Under the pieces are notes generated by a model. It was not told where the DNA came from and ran no database searches. It saw only the letters and a program-made list of their open reading frames with translations. A stretch of DNA of 64,000 bases from an uncultured Acidobacteriota bacterium (lineage in GTDB: Bacteria > Acidobacteriota > Polarisedimenticolia > J045): the NCBI GenBank assembly GCA_963702425.1, contig CAVPCQ010000015.1:95382-159381 (forward strand). The letters run 5' to 3'. The position numbers and the translations under genes are program-made. Shown one piece after another: positions 12,162 to 21,908 of the stretch. How positions within the stretch are numbered: the first letter of the stretch is position 1; the number at the start of each line of letters is the position of its first letter.

Positions 12162-12627
12162 AGAACCCCGGCGGATTCTGGTTCGGCAGCAGCTCGACCT
12201 TGCTGACGAAGTACTCGGTCTCGCCGAAGCAGCTGGTCGGCACGAACTTGTGCTGCTCGTAGTGCAGGCGGACGCGCTGGCCGAGCATCCGGTTGATTTC
12301 CGCCGCGGTCGCGTCCTCGCGCACCGAGAAGCGGAAGATCTCCGGCATCGAGCCCGGGTAGTTCACCATCGCCAGCTGCCCTTCCCAGGTCTTGCAGAGC
12401 CAGCCGCTCTTGCTGAACTTCTGCACCACACCGGTCCGCTCGCCGCTGGAGTAGTCGAAGCTCAGCGCGAGCCAGGTCCAGAGCGCGGCCACGCCGATGG
12501 CCGCGAAGAGAACAATCCACAGCGCGCGCTTGAGCCAGCGCCAGCCGCGCGCGAGAAAGCCCGGGCCCTCGGGCGCAGGCGGAGCGGCGGAGCCGGGGGC
12601 GGTCGATGCGGGCGGAATCGTGGCCAT
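12160..12627 (-). CDS. Conserved membrane-anchored hypothetical protein (YSxGERxG..K.S.KG..CKTWEG family)
   Basis: 155-aa ORF with one TM helix and a recognisable conserved motif; GGAG RBS. Confidence 0.75.
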   Translation of the reverse strand: MATIPPASTAPGSAAPPAPEGPGFLARGWRWLKRALWIVLFAAIGVAALWTWLALSFDYSSGERTGVVQKFSKSGWLCKTWEGQLAMVNYPGSMPEIFRFSVREDATAAEINRMLGQRVRLHYEQHKFVPTSCFGETEYFVSKVELLPNQNPPGF

Positions 12628-12639
12628 GGCGGGTTCTCC

Positions 12640-13056
12640 CTAGGCGTTGCTGACGACCATGATGCAGGCGTCGTAGACCGTCTTGAACGGCGCCCCGTGA
12701 ACGAACGCCAGGACGCTCTCGTCGAAGCTGCCGTCCTGCAGCCAGACCGCCGGCAGCCCGAGCGCGGCGACCTCCCTCAGCACGGCCAGCGTCACCGGCG
12801 GCGGCGTGACCATGGTCACGATGTCGATCGGCTTCGGCGCCGCGGCCAGCGAGGCGTAGGCGGGCAGGCCGGCGATCTCGGGCTCCTTGGGGTTGATCGG
12901 CAGGACCGTGTAGCCCTTGCCGTGCAGGTTGCCGACGATGATGAAGCCGTACTTCGCGGGGTTCGTGCTCGCCCCGACGACGGCGATCCGCGTCCCCGGC
13001 CCCTTGCGGGCCAGCACCGCCAGCACTGCGGGAGGGTGCGGGTTCTCGTGGGTCAC
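12640..13056 (-). CDS. CoA-binding protein (YccU-like)
   Basis: IAVVGAS.NP.KYG, PINPK, VWLQ.G, CIMV. Confidence 0.85.
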   Translation of the reverse strand: MTHENPHPPAVLAVLARKGPGTRIAVVGASTNPAKYGFIIVGNLHGKGYTVLPINPKEPEIAGLPAYASLAAAPKPIDIVTMVTPPPVTLAVLREVAALGLPAVWLQDGSFDESVLAFVHGAPFKTVYDACIMVVSNA

Positions 13057-13178
13057 GGTGATCTCTCCGGGCGGGGGCCGGCCGGGCCAGCGCGGGCGGG
13101 ATCTTACCCCGGACGTCGGGCGGGGTTCCTCCCCCGGCCGGTGGCTGCGGCGGGGGGCTCTCCCCGATACTTCCCGCG

Positions 13179-13949
13179 ATGACTCTCGCCGACGCCGCGC
13201 TGCTCGCCTCTGCCGGGGTCGTGGCCGGCGCGCTCAACTCGGTGGCCGGCGGCGGCAGCTTCGTCTCGTTTCCGGCGCTGCTCTTCACCGGCGTGCCGGC
13301 CATCCCGGCCAATGCGACGAACACGATCGCGCTGCAACCCGGGGCGATGGCAAGCGCCTGGGCCTACCGGCGGCAGCTCAGCGCGCACCGCGACGCGGTG
13401 ATCGGGCTCGGCGCGGTGAGCCTCCTGGGCGGCCTTGCCGGGGCACTGCTCCTGCTGAAGACGCCAGAGCGGACCTTCCTCTGGATCCTGCCCTGGCTGC
13501 TGCTGTTCGCCACGCTGCTCTTCAGCCTCGGGCCGGGGATCGCGACACGCCTGCGGGGCTGGGTGGGCGGCCGCGCGGGAACGCAGCCGCGGGCGATCTG
13601 GCTCGCCGTGGCCGCCGCCCAGTTCGCGATCGCGGTCTACGGCGGCTATTTCGGCGGCGGGATCGGGATCATGATGCTCGCCGCGCTGTCGCTCTCCGGG
13701 ATGAGCGACATTCACGAGATGAATGCCTTCAAGACGCTGCTCGGCAGCCTGATCAACGGGACGGCGGTCGTGGCCTTCATCGTCGCCGGCGTCGTCCACT
13801 GGCCGCAGGGGCTGACGATGATGGGGGGGGCGGTGCTCGGCGGCTACTTCGGCGCGCACTGGGCCCAGCGGGTCGACCCGAAGCTGGTTCGCGCGCTGGT
13901 CATCGTGACGGGGGCGGCAATGACGATCTACTTCTTCCTGCGGGGCTGA
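13179..13949 (+). CDS. Sulfite exporter TauE/SafE family membrane protein
   Basis: NSVAGGGSFVSFPAL, ANATNT, YGGYFGGGIG. Confidence 0.88.
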   Translation: MTLADAALLASAGVVAGALNSVAGGGSFVSFPALLFTGVPAIPANATNTIALQPGAMASAWAYRRQLSAHRDAVIGLGAVSLLGGLAGALLLLKTPERTFLWILPWLLLFATLLFSLGPGIATRLRGWVGGRAGTQPRAIWLAVAAAQFAIAVYGGYFGGGIGIMMLAALSLSGMSDIHEMNAFKTLLGSLINGTAVVAFIVAGVVHWPQGLTMMGGAVLGGYFGAHWAQRVDPKLVRALVIVTGAAMTIYFFLRG

Positions 13950-13993
13950 TCGGGGCGGGACGGGCGCGAACTCCCCGCCCCGCGCCGGCCGGC

Positions 13994-14380
13994 TCAGCCC
14001 TTCATCGCGTTCAGCATGTGGTCGATGACGTGGGTGTGCTCGCGCTGCGGGCTGAACAGGACGACCTCGGCGTCCTTGAGCACCCGCACGCTGTGGCCGG
14101 GCGGCCAGTAGAAGAGGTCGTTCTCCCGGCAGGTCTCGGCCTTGCCGTCGGTGTAGGTCACGACGACCTCCCCGGAGATCATGTAGCCCCAGTGCGGCGC
14201 CTGGCAGGCGTCGCCCTCGAGGCCCTTCAGGAGCGGCGCGATGTCGGTGCCGGCGCCGAGCGAGAAGTACTCGCCTCCCATCGTGCCGAAGCCGGTCGCG
14301 TCACCGAAGTCCGTGGCCTGGCGCGCGACCGCGCCGGGGACGTCGATCCTGGCGGGAATCTGTTCCTTGGAAATGCGCAT
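13994..14380 (-). CDS. Cupin-domain protein
   Basis: CQAPHWGY..SG, DLFYWPPGH, FSP; AGGAG RBS. Confidence 0.8.
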   Translation of the reverse strand: MRISKEQIPARIDVPGAVARQATDFGDATGFGTMGGEYFSLGAGTDIAPLLKGLEGDACQAPHWGYMISGEVVVTYTDGKAETCRENDLFYWPPGHSVRVLKDAEVVLFSPQREHTHVIDHMLNAMKG

Positions 14381-14443
14381 GCGTGGCTCCTTTCTCGCCG
14401 GCTCGTCCCGTCCGGCGCCGCTCGAGCCGGCTCGATCGCCCCC

Positions 14444-14531
14444 TCACTCCACCGTGGTCGGATCGATCACGGCCCGGACTCGCGCCTCGTCGTCGGCCGG
14501 GAAGATCTCTCTCGATGACGTACCCGGGACT
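14444..14531 (-). pseudogene. Internally deleted DUF4242-family gene remnant
   Basis: After a GGAGGT RBS: (S)PGYVIERDLPG, resembling the family N-terminus MPxYVIER.xPG. Overlapping in another frame: FPADDEARVRAVIDPTTVE-stop, resembling the C-terminus. No start codon. Confidence 0.6.
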
Positions 14532-14683
14532 GCGCCCGACCTCCTGCGGCCGGGGCATCCGCCCCGGGCAGCTTACTTCTGTAGTCTCTGCGGTTATTTC
14601 AGTCCCGTCAATCGCCAGCGAGGCCGCCCTGCCGTCCGTGAGCACGGCGCGGCGTTGACGACCGGTTCTTGCTGCGAGCCCGC

Positions 14684-15034
14684 TCAGGGCGCCCCGAGCG
14701 CGAGCACGAGCCGCAGCCCCGCCTCGACCCGCGTCATCACGGGCGCCGCCAGGCTGCGCACGCGCTCCTTCAGGAGCTCGCGCTCGAGCGTTGCCAGCTG
14801 CGAGACGATGACCACCGACGCCCGCGCGAGGCCGCTCGCCCGCCGCGGCAGCAGCACGTTCCCCGGCGCCGCCGCCAGCTCGAGGTTCGACGAGATCGTC
14901 GCGACGACGACGGTCCCGATCCGGCTGCGGTTGAAGGCGTCGGACTGGACGACGACCACGGGGCGGCGGAAGCCGGGGCCGGAGCCGACGGGATCCGGCA
15001 GCGCGGCCCACCAGATCTCGCCGCGGCGGATCAC
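14684..15034 (-). CDS. mazF: PemK/MazF family toxin (mRNA endoribonuclease)
   Basis: IRRGEIWWA.L.DP.GS.PG.RRPVVVVQ.D.FN.S.I.TV, GNVLL, S....SQL.TL. Confidence 0.92.
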   Translation of the reverse strand: MIRRGEIWWAALPDPVGSGPGFRRPVVVVQSDAFNRSRIGTVVVATISSNLELAAAPGNVLLPRRASGLARASVVIVSQLATLERELLKERVRSLAAPVMTRVEAGLRLVLALGAP

Positions 15035-15267
15035 CAGTCCTCGCGGCCGATCGCGCGGGCCTGGGCCCGGAGCAGCGCCGGCTCGACGCGCCCGTCGACG
15101 CCGAGGTAGACGCGGTCGAGCTGCGCGGTCACGTCCGCGCCGCCGCTGCGGTCGAGGTAGAGGCGGACCGCTTCACTGAAGAACCGGCTGCGCGACATCC
15201 CGCGGCGCTGCGCCGCGTCTTCGGCCGCCTGGAAGAGGTCGTCGGGAATCGAGATGGCGGTCTTCAT
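15031..15267 (-). CDS. Ribbon-helix-helix antitoxin (MazE/CopG-like)
   Basis: 78 aa MKTAISIPDDLF..AE..A...GMSRS.FF..A...Y...EDW; stop overlaps the toxin start. Confidence 0.88.
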   Translation of the reverse strand: MKTAISIPDDLFQAAEDAAQRRGMSRSRFFSEAVRLYLDRSGGADVTAQLDRVYLGVDGRVEPALLRAQARAIGREDW

Positions 15268-15305
15268 CGGCCCTCGGGTCACCGGGAGAAGGGGGGTCCC
15301 GAGCT

Positions 15306-15327
15306 TGGTATAACTCTGGTTATACCA
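15306..15327. promoter_or_regulatory. Palindromic TA operator overlapping a -10-like element
   Basis: Perfect 9-bp inverted repeat TGGTATAAC-tctg-GTTATACCA about 40 nt upstream of the antitoxin ATG; TATAAC on both strands. Confidence 0.7.
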
Positions 15328-15386
15328 GGCCGTCAAGCCGCGCGGTCCCGGCTGCGGGAAGGCAGCCCGCCGGGCAGGCTGCCGCC

Positions 15387-16592
15387 TCAGGCCGACGCGC
15401 CCGGCGGCCTGTCGCAGATCCCGGCACGGCGACGCGCGAGCAGCAGCAGCGCCGCCCCCGCGCAGGCCAGGAACGCCAGCGACGCCAGCCGCAGCGGCCA
15501 CGGCGGTCCGACCCCGTAGGCCAGCTCGCCGGTGAACGGCCCGACGATCCGCCCCAGGCTCGACAGCCCCTGATAGATCCCGAGGATCCCGCCGACCTCG
15601 TCGGGATCCGCCAGCTCCGAGGCGAGCGCCGACAGCGACGGGTTGGTGATCCCGACGCCGACCGCCATCGCGGCGAGCACCGCGCCGGAGAGCCCGAGCG
15701 TCGGCATGTACGGAACGAAGCCGAGACACACGCCGCTGAGCACGAGCCCCGCCACGACCAGTCGTGCCTCGCCGAAGCGCCTCGCCAGCCGGCCGATCAG
15801 CCCTCCCTGCACGATCGCGCCGACGAGGCCGATCCCGACCAGCAGGTAGCTGACCTCCTTCGGACCGATCGCGTACTTGTGGCTGAAGAACTGCGCGAAG
15901 GTGACCTCGAACCCGGAGAAGGCGGCGGTCGTGAGGAAGTAGATCGCCAGCACGAGGCCGAGGCAGGGGTGGGTCAGCGCGCGCCCGAGCCGAGCGATCG
16001 TGAACGGCTCGTGGGCGGCGCGGTCGCGCTGGCTCGGGTCGAGCGTCTCGGGCAGCAGGAACCAGGTGAGGACCAACGCGACCGCGGAGGTCGCGGCGGC
16101 GCCGAGGCCCGGCGCGCCCGGGCCGAAGTGCTCGTAGAGCAGCCCGCCGAACGCCGGCCCGAGGATGAACCCCAACCCGAACGCGGCGCCGATCACCCCC
16201 ATCCCGCGCGCGCGCCCCTCGGGGCCGGTGATGTCGGCGATCACCGCCTGCGCGGTCGAGATGTTCGCGCCGGCGATCCCGGCGACGATGCGCGACAGGA
16301 AGAGCATCGGGAGCGAGCCCGCGAACCCGAGCAGCAAGTAGCCGGCCACGGCCCCGACCAGCGAGACCAGCAGGATCGGCCGGCGCCCGAAGCGGTCCGA
16401 CAGCCGGCCGAGGACCGGCGCGAAGACGAACTGCATCGCCGAGAACGACGCCATCAGGAAGCCCAGCACCAGGGGCGAGGGCTTGAATGTCTCGGCGTAG
16501 AGCGGCAGCAGCGGGATCACCATCCCGAAGCCGACCAGGTCGACGAAGACGATCAGGAACAGGACCCCCAGCTTGGCGCGGTGCTCTCTCAT
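15387..16592 (-). CDS. MFS transporter (TetA/DHA1-like)
   Basis: D.VGFGMVIPLLP, GRLSDRFGRRP motif A, multiple TM helices. Confidence 0.9.
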   Translation of the reverse strand: MREHRAKLGVLFLIVFVDLVGFGMVIPLLPLYAETFKPSPLVLGFLMASFSAMQFVFAPVLGRLSDRFGRRPILLVSLVGAVAGYLLLGFAGSLPMLFLSRIVAGIAGANISTAQAVIADITGPEGRARGMGVIGAAFGLGFILGPAFGGLLYEHFGPGAPGLGAAATSAVALVLTWFLLPETLDPSQRDRAAHEPFTIARLGRALTHPCLGLVLAIYFLTTAAFSGFEVTFAQFFSHKYAIGPKEVSYLLVGIGLVGAIVQGGLIGRLARRFGEARLVVAGLVLSGVCLGFVPYMPTLGLSGAVLAAMAVGVGITNPSLSALASELADPDEVGGILGIYQGLSSLGRIVGPFTGELAYGVGPPWPLRLASLAFLACAGAALLLLARRRAGICDRPPGASA

Positions 16593-16602
16593 CGGCTCTC
16601 CG

Positions 16603-17019
16603 TCACTCGCCCAGCACGCGCACCTCGACGCGCCGCCGGTGGGCAGCGCGCCGGTGCTCCACCAGGTACAGCCCCTGCCACGTCCCCAACTGCAGCGCGC
16701 CGTCGCCGACCGGGATCACCTCCGAGGTGTGGGTCAGCGCCGCCTTGACGTGCGCCGGCATGTCGTCGTTCCCCTCGCTGTCGTGGCGGAACAGCGGGTC
16801 CCCCGCCGGGACGAGCCGAGCGAAGAACGCCAGGAAGTCGCGCTGCACGGCCGGGTCGGCGTTCTCCTGGATCAGCAGGCTGGCGCTGGTGTGGCGGCAG
16901 AAGACGACCGCGATCCCGTCCGCGATCCCCGATTCGCGCACGACCCGCGCCAGCTCGGGGGTGATTTCGTGGAACCCCGGCCCGTGCGTGGCGACTTCGA
17001 TCGTGCCGCGGTGGACCAC
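16603..17019 (-). CDS. yjbQ: YjbQ / UPF0047 family protein
   Basis: HTSASLLIQENADP.V..D, H..EG.DDMPAHVK, LGTWQGLYL.EHR; GTG start at 17019. Confidence 0.9.
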   Translation of the reverse strand: MVHRGTIEVATHGPGFHEITPELARVVRESGIADGIAVVFCRHTSASLLIQENADPAVQRDFLAFFARLVPAGDPLFRHDSEGNDDMPAHVKAALTHTSEVIPVGDGALQLGTWQGLYLVEHRRAAHRRRVEVRVLGE

Positions 17020-17024
17020 CGGCT

Positions 17025-18362
17025 TCAGGCCGTTTCCCGCGCCAGGCGGGCCTGCCGCAGGATCTGCCGCAGGCTGGGGCGCGTTCCGGTCAGGAGCAGG
17101 CCGACGCGGAAGAGCCGGGCCCCGATCTCGAGCGCCACGATCGTCGAAACGACCATGACCAGGAACGAGAGCACGATCTGCCACCAGGGAAACCCGGCCG
17201 GCTCCACCGCCGAGCGCATCAGCACCGTCAGGGGCGCCGAGAACGGGATGAAAGTCATGATCGTCGGAACGATGCCGTTGGGGTCGGCGAGGATCACGCC
17301 GAACATCATCAGCGGGACCATCGTCGGCAGCGTCAACGCGACGCTCCACTGCTGGGCCTCGCGCATCGTTCCACCCAGCGAGGAGAGGCCGAGCATCAGG
17401 CTGCCGGTGAACATGTAGGCCGCCAGGAAGAACGGCAGCGCGAGTCCGACCGCGAGCCACGGGATCGAGATCCCGAAGGCGACCAACATCCCGGCCATCC
17501 CGACACCGGCCGCGGAGAGCATTGCGATCCAGGCACCGATCTGAAGCAGGCCGGCCGCCCCGAGGCCGAGCAGCTTGCCGGTCAGGATCTCGTCGGGCGA
17601 GGCCGAGCTGAGCAGCACCTCGACGACGCGGTTCTCCTTCTCGACCGCAACCGCCTGCAGCAGGTAGCCGGCCGTTCCCATCAGCGCCGAGAAGAGCAGG
17701 ATCGCGAAGGCGAGCGGGACCAGGATTCGCGCCACCTCGGTCTTCACGCTGCGCGGCGTGACCGCGCCGTCGGCGCCGACGTTGAAGCTCTCGGAGTCGG
17801 CGACCGGCTCGCGCACGCGCGCCGCGAACTCGGCCGGGACCCGCCCCTCGATCAGCCGCTCCTTGATCAGCTCGCCGAACTGGCGGCCCGCACCGCCGCC
17901 ACCGAACGGCCCGGACTCCTTGAGGTAGGAGTTCACGCGACCGGTCGCGAGGTAATCGTCCGGAAGGACGTAGTAGCCGGCGAGGTTTCCCGCCAGCAGG
18001 TCGCGGCGCGCCTCGTCCTCGCTTCCGACCGGGCGGAAGATCGAGTTGCCCTTGGCGATCGAATCGACAGCGGCGCTCGCCTGGCCGGCCTTCTCGAGCG
18101 CCTCGCGGGCCTCGGCTGGCAGCTCGGGGAGCGGCGCGCTGGTGTCGCCCGCCAGGCGCATCACGCCCGGCTTGTCGACGACGCCGTAGATCCGCTTCTC
18201 GTTTTCCTTCATGTGGATGAAGAAACCCGGGATGACGCCGATGATGCCCCAGAAGCCGAGGATCAGCGGCATCCCGAACGTCGCGAACAGCCAGCCGGGC
18301 CGCTTCACGGTCGAGAGGAATTCGAACGCAGAGACGGCGCGCACCTTCCCGCCCCGGATCAT
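17025..18362 (-). CDS. ABC-2 type permease (NatB/YhaP-like)
   Basis: N-terminal TM, large extracytoplasmic loop, EKENRVVEVLLSS...L.GK.LG; ATGA overlap with the ATPase. Confidence 0.88.
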   Translation of the reverse strand: MIRGGKVRAVSAFEFLSTVKRPGWLFATFGMPLILGFWGIIGVIPGFFIHMKENEKRIYGVVDKPGVMRLAGDTSAPLPELPAEAREALEKAGQASAAVDSIAKGNSIFRPVGSEDEARRDLLAGNLAGYYVLPDDYLATGRVNSYLKESGPFGGGGAGRQFGELIKERLIEGRVPAEFAARVREPVADSESFNVGADGAVTPRSVKTEVARILVPLAFAILLFSALMGTAGYLLQAVAVEKENRVVEVLLSSASPDEILTGKLLGLGAAGLLQIGAWIAMLSAAGVGMAGMLVAFGISIPWLAVGLALPFFLAAYMFTGSLMLGLSSLGGTMREAQQWSVALTLPTMVPLMMFGVILADPNGIVPTIMTFIPFSAPLTVLMRSAVEPAGFPWWQIVLSFLVMVVSTIVALEIGARLFRVGLLLTGTRPSLRQILRQARLARETA

Positions 18363-19357
18363 GCGGACCCTCCCGGCGCAGGCGCCGCGGCCGGCGCCGG
18401 CACGGGCGTGGGTGCCGCCCCCTGCACGACGCGGATGAAGATCTCCTCGAGCGGCGTCAGCGCCTTCTCGAAGCGCTCGATCGCCAGCCCGGCGCGGACC
18501 AGCGCGGCGAGCAGGTCGGCCGGAGCCGTCCCGTCCGCCAGGCCGATCCGCCACGTCCGCGGCGCGCCATCGCCGAGCGGGCCGGGCTCCTTCCGTTCGC
18601 TGTCGTCGTCGCCATCGGACCGGACGTATGCGGCGCCGGGAATCGCGGCCGGCAGCTCCCCACGCAGGCCGACGATCACTTCCGGCAGCGAGTAGCGCTC
18701 GCGGACCTCGTCGAGCGGGCCGTAGACGACCAGCCGCCCCTCGTGGATCAGCGCCACGCGGTCGCACAGCTCCTCGACCAGGTTCATCTGGTGCGCGGAG
18801 AGGATCGTCGTCCGTCCCGCACGGCGGCGCTCGACGATCAGCTCGCGCACGAACTGAACGTTGATCGGGTCGAGTCCGGAGAAGGGCTCGTCGAGCACCG
18901 CCAGCTCGGGCTCGTGCAGGAAGGTCGACGCGATCTGGACCTTCTGCGCCATTCCCTTGGAGAGCGCCTCGACCTTCCGGTTCGCCACTTCGGGCATCCC
19001 GATCCGCGACAGCCAGGCGATCGCCCGGCGGCGCGAGTCGGCGCGCGCCAGCCCCTTCAGTTCGCCGAAGTAGGTCATCACGTCGGCGACCTTCTGCTTG
19101 CGGTAGAGACCGCGCTCCTCCGGCAGGTAGCCAACGCGGTCGAGCGCCGCTCCGTCGAGCGGTTTGCCGAAGAGCGTCACCGTCCCGGCATCGGCCCGGA
19201 TGATGTCCATCAGGATCCGGATCAGCGTCGTCTTGCCGGCGCCGTTCGGGCCGAGCAGGCCGAAGACCTCGCCCGCCGGGACCTCGAACGACACGCCGTC
19301 CACGGCGCGCTTCTCGCCGTAGCTCTTCCGGATCCCGTCGAACGCGAGAAAGCTCAT
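18359..19357 (-). CDS. ABC transporter ATP-binding protein
   Basis: GPNGAGKTT, GYLPEERGLY, LSKGM.QK, LDEPFSGLDP. Confidence 0.93.
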   Translation of the reverse strand: MSFLAFDGIRKSYGEKRAVDGVSFEVPAGEVFGLLGPNGAGKTTLIRILMDIIRADAGTVTLFGKPLDGAALDRVGYLPEERGLYRKQKVADVMTYFGELKGLARADSRRRAIAWLSRIGMPEVANRKVEALSKGMAQKVQIASTFLHEPELAVLDEPFSGLDPINVQFVRELIVERRRAGRTTILSAHQMNLVEELCDRVALIHEGRLVVYGPLDEVRERYSLPEVIVGLRGELPAAIPGAAYVRSDGDDDSERKEPGPLGDGAPRTWRIGLADGTAPADLLAALVRAGLAIERFEKALTPLEEIFIRVVQGAAPTPVPAPAAAPAPGGSA

Positions 19358-20310
19358 CCCTCGCCTGCTTCCCCGGCGCCGGGCACGGCACCGGGCGTGG
19401 ACTGTTCCGCGGTCGGCGCCGGCGGGGAAGCGCTTTCCGCCGGGCGGTCGCCGCGCCGCGGACGAGCGGCGCCGCGGCCGGCTGGAACGGTCTCCCGCGG
19501 GAGGTGCTTGTCGAGTCGCGCGGGGTCGACCGCGGACAACCCCTCGACCGGGATCCCCGCCAGCGACGCGACCCAGTCGGTCTGGTGCAGCAGGCCGCGG
19601 ACGATCGCCACCTCCCACGAGGCCAGCTCGGTGCGGCCGAAGATCCGCCGCCAGCGGCGCAGCACGGCGTCGGGGTTCTGCTCCTGCAGGTGCCCGATCC
19701 GCTGCCAGACCTCGCGCATGTGACGGTACATCGCCTCCATCTCCTCCGCGCTCGCCGCGCGCTCGGGCTCTTTCTCGCCCGGGAGCTTCTCGCCGAGGTC
19801 GGCGTGCGCCTCGAGCGACAGCGCGTAGCCGATCACCGCCACCGCGTGCGAGACGTTGAGCGACGGGCACTCGGGATCGGACGGGATCGCGACGACGCGG
19901 TGGCAGCGGTCGGTCTCCTCCGTGGAGAGCCCGTCCGCTTCGCGGCCGAAGACCAGCGCCGTCTCGCCCGGCCGGCGCCAGGGCGCCAGCTCGCGGAACA
20001 GCGGCCCCGGCAGCGCCGCCGGCCCGCGCCCCTTCCCCAGCCGGCGCGAGGTGCCGATCACCAGCTCGCAGCCGTGGATCGCCTGGTCGAAGGTCTCGAC
20101 TCGAACCGCGGCGTCGAGCACCGACGCCCCCTCGGCGCGGGCGTACCAGCGCGCCTCCTGGGACTTCGGGTCGGCCTGCCCCCCGGCGATCCACATCCGC
20201 GACAGCCCGAAGTTGAGCATCGCGCGGGCGATCTGTCCCAGGTTCCCGTCGTAGCGCGGCTCGACGAGGACGACGCGGATCGAGGACAGCTTCCCGGAAA
20301 GCCCGCTCAC
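19354..20310 (-). CDS. trmJ: TrmJ/LasT SPOUT tRNA methyltransferase
   Basis: VVLVEP...GNLG..ARAM.NFG, LVFGRE..GLS.EE, SLNVSHAV. Confidence 0.85.
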   Translation of the reverse strand: MSGLSGKLSSIRVVLVEPRYDGNLGQIARAMLNFGLSRMWIAGGQADPKSQEARWYARAEGASVLDAAVRVETFDQAIHGCELVIGTSRRLGKGRGPAALPGPLFRELAPWRRPGETALVFGREADGLSTEETDRCHRVVAIPSDPECPSLNVSHAVAVIGYALSLEAHADLGEKLPGEKEPERAASAEEMEAMYRHMREVWQRIGHLQEQNPDAVLRRWRRIFGRTELASWEVAIVRGLLHQTDWVASLAGIPVEGLSAVDPARLDKHLPRETVPAGRGAARPRRGDRPAESASPPAPTAEQSTPGAVPGAGEAGEG

Positions 20311-20323
20311 GGCTACGCTCCGC

Positions 20324-21907
<1,584 letters not shown>

Positions 21908-21908
21908 C

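Noticed and set aside
12017-13324. 435-aa minus-strand ORF crossing the MITE-like element as a possible transposase
   Set aside because: No DDE or HTH motifs; it overlaps two real genes out of frame
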